A stretch of 64,000 nucleotides of DNA from Brachyspira sp. (lineage in GTDB: Bacteria; Spirochaetota; Brachyspiria; Brachyspirales; Brachyspiraceae): NCBI RefSeq assembly GCF_029258575.1, contig NZ_JARHYI010000121.1, forward strand, positions 1,188 to 65,187, written 5' to 3'. Below are positions 20,131 through 29,449 of this stretch, in pieces; within the stretch, counting starts at the first letter, position 1, and each line of letters begins with the position of its first letter. The notes under the pieces are model-generated. The model did no database searches, was not told the DNA's origin, and worked only from the letters and a program-made list of their open reading frames with translations. Position numbers and translations under genes: made by a program.

Positions 20131-21021
20131 ATGTTGATGAAAAAAATAAATATTTATATAGTATTAATTTATCTATTTTCTAGAATTGTTTTTGCGGATA
20201 TAAATACTATTTTTAATATGGATATATATGAGAGAAAACTTTCACTTAATACTAATACAGGTATTTATAGTAATGAACTTTTTATAGAACAAACTGCATT
20301 GGGGGGATTTAATTATATAAAATTTAATTTAGAAACAAGATTATATTATAGATTATATTTTTATAAAAATGCTACAAATTTTTTATTGAAAGATACAAAA
20401 GCAGATTTTGGTATAGATAATAATTTTTCACTATCTTCGGATATGATAGGGGCATTTATAGATATAAAGCCTGTTTCGTTTTTCGGCATTAGATTAAGCG
20501 GATATGCTGATTTTATGTTTAATGCTATGAATTTTGGTTATGCTGGATTTGATAATAATGATGTTGGATATTCTTTTGATGAACTATATAATATGAATAA
20601 AGGAAATGCATTTGGTTTCATATTAAATGTTTCGCCTTACTTTGTGTTTAAATTTAATCATTTTGTTTTAATAAATAATCTAAATATATCTTATGTTAAT
20701 GTTGGAGATAAAAAATATTATTATGATCCTAGAACTTCAATATTACATAAAAAAAGTGAGTTTGAATTAATCAATGATTTTTTCTTGCTTGGGAAAATTA
20801 GTTTATTTTATATAGGCGGATATTACGGTATTACATATTTGATTAATTCAAAGCATTTATCACATAAATTTGGTATAGCAGGAATTGTCAATTTTAGTTT
20901 TTTAAGGGAAAGATTAATTTTTAATATAGGATCCTCTGCAGGATTACATATTGGTCTTCCATATTATAATAATATGACTTTCATAGAATTGAAAATGTCA
21001 TTAACTTATAAAATACTATAA
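20131..21021 (+). CDS. Hypothetical exported protein, possible beta-barrel
   Basis: Signal-like N-terminus ending IVFA; aromatic-rich; 9 bp upstream of ftsW. Confidence 0.6.
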   Translation: MLMKKINIYIVLIYLFSRIVFADINTIFNMDIYERKLSLNTNTGIYSNELFIEQTALGGFNYIKFNLETRLYYRLYFYKNATNFLLKDTKADFGIDNNFSLSSDMIGAFIDIKPVSFFGIRLSGYADFMFNAMNFGYAGFDNNDVGYSFDELYNMNKGNAFGFILNVSPYFVFKFNHFVLINNLNISYVNVGDKKYYYDPRTSILHKKSEFELINDFFLLGKISLFYIGGYYGITYLINSKHLSHKFGIAGIVNFSFLRERLIFNIGSSAGLHIGLPYYNNMTFIELKMSLTYKIL

Positions 21022-21030
21022 TAAAAAAGA

Positions 21031-22131
21031 GTGTATATGTTAAATAGAAAATTACTTCCAGATAAATATTTATCTATAATATATATAGCATTACTTATAG
21101 CAGGATTAGTTTCCATATACGGTGCTCAAACTATACATGAACCAAATACATCATATTTTAATAATCATTTAAAATTATTATCATTAATGTTTGCCTTTAC
21201 CATATTTATTATTATTATACCTGATTTCTTTTTTGTTCTAGATAAGATGGTGCCTATTATTTTATTATTTACTTTAATACTTCTTACTTTAGTTTATTTT
21301 TTTGGTATAACGGTAACAAGCAGTTATGCTAAAAGATGGCTTCTTCTTCCTTTTGGTATTACTATACAGCCTTCTGAGATAGCGAAAATAACATGCAGTA
21401 TATATTTTGCAAGTGTTTTAAGTAAAAAGGGAGAAAAGTTAATCGATATAAAGAAAGGTTTATTTCCTCCTCTTTTAATTTTAGCTCTGGTTTCAGGGCT
21501 TATATTAATAGAACCTGATTCTGGTACGGCATTATTATTTTCTATAGTTGGTTTTGCCGTATTTTTTTATGGAGGAATACCTTTAAAATCTATATTTTTA
21601 TCTGGTATTTTTATATTAATTATATTTTCTATTTTTATTTTTAATACCCCTTATATGAAAAATAGAGTTTTATCCTATCTTTATCCTCAAAATCAGCCTG
21701 AAGAGGAAGTTTATCAAATTAGAAGGGCTAAACTTGCATTCAATTACGGCGGAATTTCTGGAATTCCAGATGAGAATATAAGAGATGTAAGTACTCATTT
21801 ACCAGCAGCTTTAACAGATTTTATATATGCTTCAGTAGCTCAAAGATATGGCTTGATAGGGAATTTAATTATACTTCTCTTATTTTTATCTTTTACTATT
21901 AGAGGATTTATAATATCATCGCGGACTAATGATTTATTTTTGAAGAATCTTTCATTTGCTATCACTATGTTTATTAGTGTGCAGGCTTATTTAAATATAA
22001 TGGTTGCTACACTTATGCTTCCTACAACAGGTATGACACTTCCTATTATTAGTTATGGAAGAAATGCTCTAGTGGTCAATATGATAATGATAGCTATACT
22101 ATTAAAAATAACTCAAAGGAGAGAACAATGA
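21031..22131 (+). CDS. ftsW: SEDS peptidoglycan polymerase FtsW
   Basis: AKRWL, IQPSEIAK, EPDSGT, TDFIY, LPTTGMTLPIISYG; precedes murG. Confidence 0.9.
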   Translation: MYMLNRKLLPDKYLSIIYIALLIAGLVSIYGAQTIHEPNTSYFNNHLKLLSLMFAFTIFIIIIPDFFFVLDKMVPIILLFTLILLTLVYFFGITVTSSYAKRWLLLPFGITIQPSEIAKITCSIYFASVLSKKGEKLIDIKKGLFPPLLILALVSGLILIEPDSGTALLFSIVGFAVFFYGGIPLKSIFLSGIFILIIFSIFIFNTPYMKNRVLSYLYPQNQPEEEVYQIRRAKLAFNYGGISGIPDENIRDVSTHLPAALTDFIYASVAQRYGLIGNLIILLLFLSFTIRGFIISSRTNDLFLKNLSFAITMFISVQAYLNIMVATLMLPTTGMTLPIISYGRNALVVNMIMIAILLKITQRREQ

Positions 22132-23201
22132 ATATAATTTTATGCGGAGGAGGAACTGCTGGACATATCACACCTGCTATTTCTATATATGATTATGTAA
22201 AAAAACATGGGCATAAACCTAGACTTGTTGTTGCTCAAAAGGATTATCCTCTTATTCCAAATAATTATGATTTTAATACTATTAATATTAATTCTCCTGG
22301 AAATGTTTGGAAGAAGATAATATTTATATTGAAATTTATACCAGCTTTAATGAAGTCAAGTAATATAATAAGAAAACATAAACCTGATTGTATAATAGGA
22401 ATGGGAGGATTTGTATCTTTACCTATGCTTTATATTGCTAAATTTAAAAATATTCCTATATTCTTATGCGAACAGAATTCTATACCAGGCAAAGTTAATA
22501 GAATATTTTATAAAGATGCTAAAAGGGTATATTTGACATTTTCAAAGACTTTAGAGTTTATGCCTAATGGTAAAGTTTTTGGCAATCCTGTAAGAAATGA
22601 TTTTTTTATAGTTCATAGAGAAAGTGCAAGAACTGTTATGAAATTAAAGGAAGATGATAAGCTTTTGGTTGTTATGGGAGGTTCTCAGGGCTCTTTAAAA
22701 TTAAATGAATTATTTTTTGAGTGCATAAAAGATGTAAAAGCTAAAGTTAATAATTTGCGTATAATATGGCTTGCTGGTCCTAAATGGGCTAATGATATAA
22801 TTGCAAAAGTTAATAGTGCTAAATTTGATAATGTTTTTGTGCATAGTTATTATAAAGATATGGCTAATTTACTTCATGCTGCTGATTTTCTTATATCAAG
22901 AGCGGGAAGCAGTTCTATAAGTGAAATATTAGCCGTGAATGTACCTTCTTTATTAATTCCATTTCCATATGCTACTGACAATCATCAGTATTTTAATGCT
23001 TTGGATTTGCTTGATAAAGATATGGCTTATTTAATAGAAGAATCAGATTTGGATAAAGAAAAATTGGAAAGCGTTATTGTTAATAATTTGAATAATGATG
23101 ATAGATTGAATGCTATGAGAGAAAATATCAAAAACAATTGGAGTGCAAGAGCTGTATCTTCAATAGTAGATGATATAATTGGAATTTTAGGAAATAAATA
23201 A
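22128..23201 (+). CDS. murG: MurG GlcNAc transferase
   Basis: GGGTAGHI.PA, GMGGFVS, EQNSIPG, GNPVR, GGSQG, SRAGSSS, HQYFNA. Confidence 0.96.
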   Translation: MNIILCGGGTAGHITPAISIYDYVKKHGHKPRLVVAQKDYPLIPNNYDFNTININSPGNVWKKIIFILKFIPALMKSSNIIRKHKPDCIIGMGGFVSLPMLYIAKFKNIPIFLCEQNSIPGKVNRIFYKDAKRVYLTFSKTLEFMPNGKVFGNPVRNDFFIVHRESARTVMKLKEDDKLLVVMGGSQGSLKLNELFFECIKDVKAKVNNLRIIWLAGPKWANDIIAKVNSAKFDNVFVHSYYKDMANLLHAADFLISRAGSSSISEILAVNVPSLLIPFPYATDNHQYFNALDLLDKDMAYLIEESDLDKEKLESVIVNNLNNDDRLNAMRENIKNNWSARAVSSIVDDIIGILGNK

Positions 23202-23220
23202 TTTATAAATTGAGGAAAAT

Positions 23221-24609
23221 ATGTTTACAAATAGAAAAGAAAAAATACATTTTATAGGAATAGGTGGAATAGGAATGAGTGCCATAGCAAGTGTATTGAA
23301 TGCTATAGGTTTTACAATAACTGGAAGTGATTTATCTAAAACAACTAAAACAGAATCTTTAGAATCTTCAGGAATAAAAGTATATTATGGGCATAAGGCT
23401 CAAAATATTGAAAATGATGTTACTGCTGTTGTAACTTCATCAGCTATAAGCCCTACAAATGAAGAGATAATTGAAGCTAAATCAAAAAAGATAACAGTTA
23501 TATCAAGGGGAGAAATGCTTGCTGAACTTATGCGTTTAAGATACGGTATAGCAATATCTGGCTCTCATGGTAAAACTACTACAACTTCTCTTATTACTCA
23601 GATAATGATGCATGCAGGGCTTAATCCTGTTTGTATTATAGGCGGAAATCATTTTAATTTGAAAAGCAATGCTGCATGTAATGATTTAAGCAGTGAATAT
23701 ATGGTATGTGAGGCTGATGAAAGTGATGGAAGTTTCTTGAGGCTTTCTCCTGTAATTAATGTAGTTACTAATATTGATAATGATCATCTGGATTATTATG
23801 GAAATGTAGAGGCATTGAGAGTTGCTTTCTTAGAGTTTATCAATAAAGTCCCTTTTTACGGATGTTCTTTTCTCTGTTTTGAAGATGATGTTGTAAAAGA
23901 TTTATCTAAAAGTACCAATAAAAAATATTATTCTTATGGATTTAGTAAAGAATATGATTTTCATGTTGATATAGATTCTATAAGAGTTGAAGCTCCTATT
24001 ACATATTTTATAGCTTATCACAATAAAGAATGTTTAGGTGAATTTTCTATTCCTCTTATAGGAGTTCATAATATATTAAATTCATTGGCTTCTATAGCTG
24101 TGGGTATTCATTTAGGTATAGATGTTAATACTATAAAAGAAGGACTTAAAACTTTTGAAGGTGTAGGAAGAAGATTAAATAAACTTTATGATAAAGAAAT
24201 AACATTATTTGATGATTATGCACATCACCCAACAGAGATAAAAGCTACTCTTTCATCAGTAAGGAATGCTTATAAAAATAGAAGAATAATAGCAGTATTT
24301 CAGCCTCATAGATACAGCAGAACGGAACTTCTTCTTAATGATTTTGAGTATGCCTTTAATGATGCTGATGAAGTTATTATAACAGATATTTATGCTGCTG
24401 GAGAAGCTCCTATAGCAGGTATAAATGGGGAGGTTATATGCCATATAGTTGGAAAGCAGAACAATAATGTTAGATATCTAAAAAATATAGAAGAAGTATT
24501 GCCCATGCTTGATAATATAAAAAAAGATGGGGATATAATTTTAACTTTAGGAGCAGGTAATATAGTAAGGATTAGCAATGATTATGCAAGACAATTACAA
24601 AATAGTTGA
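23221..24609 (+). CDS. murC: UDP-N-acetylmuramate--L-alanine ligase
   Basis: HFIGIGGIGMS, GSHGKTTTT, EADESDGSFL, DDYAHHPTEI, FQPHRYSRT. Confidence 0.97.
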   Translation: MFTNRKEKIHFIGIGGIGMSAIASVLNAIGFTITGSDLSKTTKTESLESSGIKVYYGHKAQNIENDVTAVVTSSAISPTNEEIIEAKSKKITVISRGEMLAELMRLRYGIAISGSHGKTTTTSLITQIMMHAGLNPVCIIGGNHFNLKSNAACNDLSSEYMVCEADESDGSFLRLSPVINVVTNIDNDHLDYYGNVEALRVAFLEFINKVPFYGCSFLCFEDDVVKDLSKSTNKKYYSYGFSKEYDFHVDIDSIRVEAPITYFIAYHNKECLGEFSIPLIGVHNILNSLASIAVGIHLGIDVNTIKEGLKTFEGVGRRLNKLYDKEITLFDDYAHHPTEIKATLSSVRNAYKNRRIIAVFQPHRYSRTELLLNDFEYAFNDADEVIITDIYAAGEAPIAGINGEVICHIVGKQNNNVRYLKNIEEVLPMLDNIKKDGDIILTLGAGNIVRISNDYARQLQNS

Positions 24610-25510
24610 GACATTTCTCAAAGAAAAAAATATAGAATATTATATGAATCATCCTTTCAGTAAATGCAGCAGATTTAATGTGGGTGGAGATGTTGATTTA
24701 TATATTGTTGTAAAAAAAATATCTGAGTTTTTGGAGCTTGCTAATTTTTTGTATAGTAATACTATAGATTATTTTGTTATGGGAGATACAGGTAAGGTTA
24801 TAGTTTCTGATAATGGATATAATGGCATAATAGTATCATTGGAAAGCGAATTTGAATCTTTTGAATTTTTAGAAGATGGTGTTTTAAAATCTAATAGCTC
24901 AGCTATTTTGGAAAGACTTTCCCATGAGGCTAGAATTCGAAATTTGTCTGGTTTTGAATTTGTTGCTTTAGTTAATACTAGAATAGGTGCTGCTCTATAT
25001 GATAAATTTGAATCTTTTGGTATATCTTTACTAAATTTTATTAAATCTATAACATTATTCAATAAGCAAGATTGCAGTGTTACAGAGCTTAGTAGAGATG
25101 AGTATTTGGCTTTAACTGAAAAAGAGAGAAGGTTTATTATTATATTATCATCTGTTTTTGTATTAGAAAAAGACACTCCTGAAAGCATTGATAATAGAAT
25201 AGATTGGTTTAGATATATAAGGGGGTCTGTTGCTCCTAATGATGTCAGTATAGGTCCTGTATTTGATGATTTTTATGATGTAAAGGCTTATGAGATGGTA
25301 GAAAGGGTTGGAGGATTAGATATGCAGTTTGGAGCTATGAGATGGCATAAGAGATTTCCTAACTATATTATCAATGAGTTTTTATATGATGATGAGAATA
25401 AGGATAAAAGCAAAGCTGAAGATGTTATTAATTTAATAGAAGATACTAGAAAAAAAATAGAACAGCATTATGCTTTTAATCCTCAAATTAATATAGTTCT
25501 TTTAAGTTAA
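24578..25510 (+). CDS. MurB-fold protein with degenerate FAD-binding and catalytic motifs
   Basis: Colinear with MurB (FNVGGDVD, LSGFEF, AEDVINLI) and follows murC, but GxGSN, GIPG..GG..MNAGA, YRxS and AGSxFxNP are not conserved. Confidence 0.75.
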   Translation: MIMQDNYKIVETFLKEKNIEYYMNHPFSKCSRFNVGGDVDLYIVVKKISEFLELANFLYSNTIDYFVMGDTGKVIVSDNGYNGIIVSLESEFESFEFLEDGVLKSNSSAILERLSHEARIRNLSGFEFVALVNTRIGAALYDKFESFGISLLNFIKSITLFNKQDCSVTELSRDEYLALTEKERRFIIILSSVFVLEKDTPESIDNRIDWFRYIRGSVAPNDVSIGPVFDDFYDVKAYEMVERVGGLDMQFGAMRWHKRFPNYIINEFLYDDENKDKSKAEDVINLIEDTRKKIEQHYAFNPQINIVLLS

Positions 25511-26028
25511 TTATTGTTTATATGCAAATGTACTGATTTTATATATAAAGATGAAAGATTAGTTAAATCTCTATCATCTTCTGCTTTTGTATATAAAGCG
25601 TAGTATATATCATTTATTTTCCATAAAGTAAATTTTTCATTAGAAGTATTTACATTATACTGCACATCGATTTTATATTCATCTTCTGTGAAATTTTTAT
25701 CTATGTTATTTGTGTAATCTCCGTAAAATGATAATAATGCATTGCTATCTTTTGAAGCTCTGTATATATACGGATTGTTCATATAGTCAAATGAAGATTC
25801 TGCTATATTTTTATTAACTATAAAATATTTTCCATTTTGTCCATGTTCAGGAGGTGCTATAGTAATACCTATTCCTAATGGGGCAAATGAGTTAGGGGAA
25901 TCTACTTGCAAGTAATCCAAAATGTTTTCATAAGAAGTTTCATTTTCTCTTGTGCTTTCTGCATTCTTAGAACAGGAAACAGAGAATATTATATTTAGAA
26001 TTATAAATAAAGTTATAAAAGTTTTCAT
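25507..26028 (-). CDS. Hypothetical lipoprotein
   Basis: MKTFITLFIILNIIFSVS-C spirochaetal lipobox. Confidence 0.75.
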   Translation of the reverse strand: MKTFITLFIILNIIFSVSCSKNAESTRENETSYENILDYLQVDSPNSFAPLGIGITIAPPEHGQNGKYFIVNKNIAESSFDYMNNPYIYRASKDSNALLSFYGDYTNNIDKNFTEDEYKIDVQYNVNTSNEKFTLWKINDIYYALYTKAEDDRDLTNLSSLYIKSVHLHINNN

Positions 26029-26045
26029 TGATTTTTCCTTTGGGT

Positions 26046-27494
26046 TTAAAAAGTTTTTTTATCTGATAAATAATTTTTAAAAATAGAAAATATAATATAA
26101 TCAATTTTTACTTCATCTTTTAAGAAATTATTATACATATAATCTAGTATTTCTTCATTTGTATTTATATTATCCAAACAAATATCATGTTTATATTTTA
26201 GAAAATCGTATAAATCTAATATTTCTAAAATTTTTACTGGATAAAATACAGAAGCTGTAAAATTAAGTATATCTTTAGAGTCAAAACTGATTAAATATTG
26301 ATATTCAAAATTAGGTTTTTTAGCTCTCATAGCATAACATAAAGTCATAGCAAGTCCATATCCGTAACCATAGTATTCATGATGAAGTCCTACAGCTAAA
26401 TTAATATCTTGATTATTAGATATCGAATATTTAAGATAGTTATATGAGTTTATGGAATGAGAATATATGTCATTATTAATATTAGAATTTTCTATAGGAA
26501 GATAATTTATTATTTCAGTTAAAGTAATATCATGCAATAATGCTGCTGTAGCCATATTAACAATTTCAATATAATCAAATTGCCTTATTCCTAATTTGAA
26601 TATATTATCTAATTTTGAAGTGTCTTTTATAAATTTATTTTTCTTGGAAATTTTTGTATAATACGGCATATACTCATTTTTCCATTTTGCTCTTATTTTG
26701 GAAAGTATACCCATATTGATATTCTTATTATAAAATATCATAAACTCTATTGTATTTATAAATAATCTATTACTATGATCTATAATATTATAGCCCATAA
26801 ATCCAATAGTATCTTTCAACATATCATCTTTTTCGTAATTCTTATTTAGTAATATAAAAGTACTTTCAGCAACACTTTTTATAAACTCTTCATAATTGAT
26901 ATTATATTTTTTAGAATTATTTATTTTGTCATCTGAATTTTCTGTGATATTGCTTATAACATTTATTCTTTGAAGAAGTCCTAATTTTATTAATATTTCA
27001 CCAATAATATTAGCGGCTTTACAGGTAAATTTATCTTTATTTTCTTCAGCTTCCAATTCTGTTATTAGACTTTTAATATTTTCTATTCTTTGATATTTGT
27101 TCATAGGTAAAATTTCTTCAAGCATTTTTTCTTGAATTTTACTTATATCTTCTGAAGGATCTTTACAATTGGTAAAAATAGAGTAGAAATAATCTTTATT
27201 ATTTAACTCATCTGGATTGGTAAAAAAATCAAGCATTTCCAAATAAGATTTATATATATAATATTCGGCATCTTTAAATAGAGGATTTTTTTTTATATTA
27301 CTTTCAAATAAATAATCAATTTTATTGCTTGGTATTATATTAATTACACCATTTTCATTTTTAGAAATAATTTCTATTTTATCCTTTAATATTACTTCTT
27401 TATAAAATTTTAATTTTTCTAATGGTATTTTTATGTAATTATCTAAATTGATTTCCATCAAACAACTCACACTATTAATATTTTCTTTTCGCAT
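26046..27494 (-). CDS. HD-GYP-like metal-dependent phosphohydrolase, paralogue 1
   Basis: DHSNR, LLHDI, HS, GLHHEYYGYGYG, ILDLYD; similar to 34874..36322. Confidence 0.7.
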   Translation of the reverse strand: MRKENINSVSCLMEINLDNYIKIPLEKLKFYKEVILKDKIEIISKNENGVINIIPSNKIDYLFESNIKKNPLFKDAEYYIYKSYLEMLDFFTNPDELNNKDYFYSIFTNCKDPSEDISKIQEKMLEEILPMNKYQRIENIKSLITELEAEENKDKFTCKAANIIGEILIKLGLLQRINVISNITENSDDKINNSKKYNINYEEFIKSVAESTFILLNKNYEKDDMLKDTIGFMGYNIIDHSNRLFINTIEFMIFYNKNINMGILSKIRAKWKNEYMPYYTKISKKNKFIKDTSKLDNIFKLGIRQFDYIEIVNMATAALLHDITLTEIINYLPIENSNINNDIYSHSINSYNYLKYSISNNQDINLAVGLHHEYYGYGYGLAMTLCYAMRAKKPNFEYQYLISFDSKDILNFTASVFYPVKILEILDLYDFLKYKHDICLDNINTNEEILDYMYNNFLKDEVKIDYIIFSIFKNYLSDKKTF

Positions 27495-27609
27495 TATTAT
27501 AATACATATAATAATAAAATAAATATTTTAATTAGAAAAATTTGGAAAATAGAAAAAAATTATTATATTATAGACATAAAGTGATACTATTTGATAAGAT
27601 GGAGAAGAA

Positions 27610-28263
27610 ATGCCTAATTACAAATACACCAAAGAGGATTATGCCATACTAAATAGTTATAAACAATTTTCAGAATCTTTGGGAGTGTATTTAGGTGAAA
27701 ATGTAGAAATAGTATTGTATTCCTTTGAAAATGATGAATACACCATATTATTTGTAGTTAATGAATATCTTAAAAACAAAAAAATCGGTGATGTTATTTC
27801 TGATAAAGATAAAAATGTATTAAATGAACTTTTGAATAATAATTTATTATATAAAAATTACTTTCTTGAAACTGTTATTGGAGAATGCCAAAAAATAAAT
27901 TATATGATTATTAAAAATTCTGATGAAGTTCCAATAGCTATGATAGTTATGAGCTGGTATTATGATACTTCCTTGATCAATACTTTAAAAATATTTATAC
28001 CTGATAATATTAATGATAATATTAAAGATAAACAAAATAGAAAATCAGAAGATATTATTTTAGATGCTATTAAAAAAGTGATGAGTACTGTAGATAAAAG
28101 CGAAGTGGGACCTTCTGTATATAATAAAACTATAATAAAAAAATTATTTAATCAAGGTATATTTGAATTTAAAGAAGCGGTTCAATTGGTATCAAATTAT
28201 TTAAATATTTCACATCATACAGTATATTTACATCTTAGAAGTATAAAGAAAAGAAAAAAATAA
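27610..28263 (+). CDS. YheO/DauR-type PAS-HTH transcriptional regulator
   Basis: LGENVEIVL PAS-like N-terminus; IIKKLFNQGIFEFKEAVQLVSNYLNISHHTVYLHLR C-terminal HTH. Confidence 0.85.
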   Translation: MPNYKYTKEDYAILNSYKQFSESLGVYLGENVEIVLYSFENDEYTILFVVNEYLKNKKIGDVISDKDKNVLNELLNNNLLYKNYFLETVIGECQKINYMIIKNSDEVPIAMIVMSWYYDTSLINTLKIFIPDNINDNIKDKQNRKSEDIILDAIKKVMSTVDKSEVGPSVYNKTIIKKLFNQGIFEFKEAVQLVSNYLNISHHTVYLHLRSIKKRKK

Positions 28264-28276
28264 TTAAACAATAAAA

Positions 28277-29200
28277 TTAATTATTAGAATGAGGATGAAA
28301 TTTATTGTATACTTCAAATAATCTTGAATTTGTAACATGTGTATATCTTTGAGTTGTAGCTATTGTTTCATGCCCCAATAATTCCTGAACCCCCCTTATT
28401 TCGGCATCATTATTAAGCAGATGTGTAGCAAATGTATGCCTTAATGTATGAGGTGAAAAATCTATAGATATATTAGCATTTCTTATTAAACGTTTCATAG
28501 ATGTTCTTATACTTCTATCACTTATAGGTTTTCCGAATCTGTTTATAAATAGGTAATCATTATTTTCAGAATATTCTTTTTGAATGATTCTTCTTTTTTC
28601 TATATATATATCCCAATTATCATAAACTATTGGAAGTATTGGTATATCTCTGACTTTTGAACCTTTACCGCATATTCTTAAAGTTTTAGAGCCTTTTTTT
28701 ATCATACTGAGTTTCAATGAGGCAAGTTCTGATACTCTTAAACCTATTGCATACATAAATAAAGCCATCATTTTATCTCTTATAAGTGTAAAATCTCCGT
28801 CATCATTTATTGCCAATATATTATCTATATCTTCTATGGATAGAAATTTAGCTATATGCTCTTCTCTTTTAGGACTTTTCATATCTACTATTCTAGTTTT
28901 ATCCGAATATCCGTTTCTAATCAAATATTTATAGAATTTTTTAATTGAAGATAAATGTCTAGACATAGTAGAATTTGTTAAAGATTTATTTTTCAAAAAT
29001 GTTAAATAATCTCTTACTATATAATGATCAGTATTATCCAATAAAATATTTTTGTCTTCTAAAAATTGAAAGTATTCTTTCAAATCTTTTCTATAACTGT
29101 TAATAGTATGAGCTGCAAAGTTTAAAGTTTGCAAATAATCGCTGAACTCTTCTAATAAGACATATATTTTATTTTTATCAAAAACATGATCATTATCCAT
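28277..29200 (-). CDS. xerC: Tyrosine recombinase XerC/XerD type
   Basis: GLRVSEL, GKGSKVR, HTLRHTFATHLL, QELLGH, TTQRYTH (R-K-H-R-H-Y set). Confidence 0.9.
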   Translation of the reverse strand: MDNDHVFDKNKIYVLLEEFSDYLQTLNFAAHTINSYRKDLKEYFQFLEDKNILLDNTDHYIVRDYLTFLKNKSLTNSTMSRHLSSIKKFYKYLIRNGYSDKTRIVDMKSPKREEHIAKFLSIEDIDNILAINDDGDFTLIRDKMMALFMYAIGLRVSELASLKLSMIKKGSKTLRICGKGSKVRDIPILPIVYDNWDIYIEKRRIIQKEYSENNDYLFINRFGKPISDRSIRTSMKRLIRNANISIDFSPHTLRHTFATHLLNNDAEIRGVQELLGHETIATTQRYTHVTNSRLFEVYNKFHPHSNN

Positions 29201-29449
29201 ATAATAGGCTCCATGAAAATATATTGTTTTGAATTATTATCGAAAGTTTAAATTATAAATTTATGAAGTATGTTAACTTGGTATAAAAAATTATTAATTA
29301 TTTTGTAATAAAATACTCAATAATCGTTGAAAAAATAGTAAATTTTTTTATAATAATTATATATCTGATTTATTAAAATATAATGACAACTCATTTGCTA
29401 TTATTATATATTATGTTAAGTTCTATTCTTTAATAAATGAGGCTGAATA

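Noticed and set aside
28277-29200. Tyrosine recombinase as the integrase of a mobile element
   Set aside because: XerC-like length and motifs; no att-like repeats, tRNA or phage/ICE genes nearby
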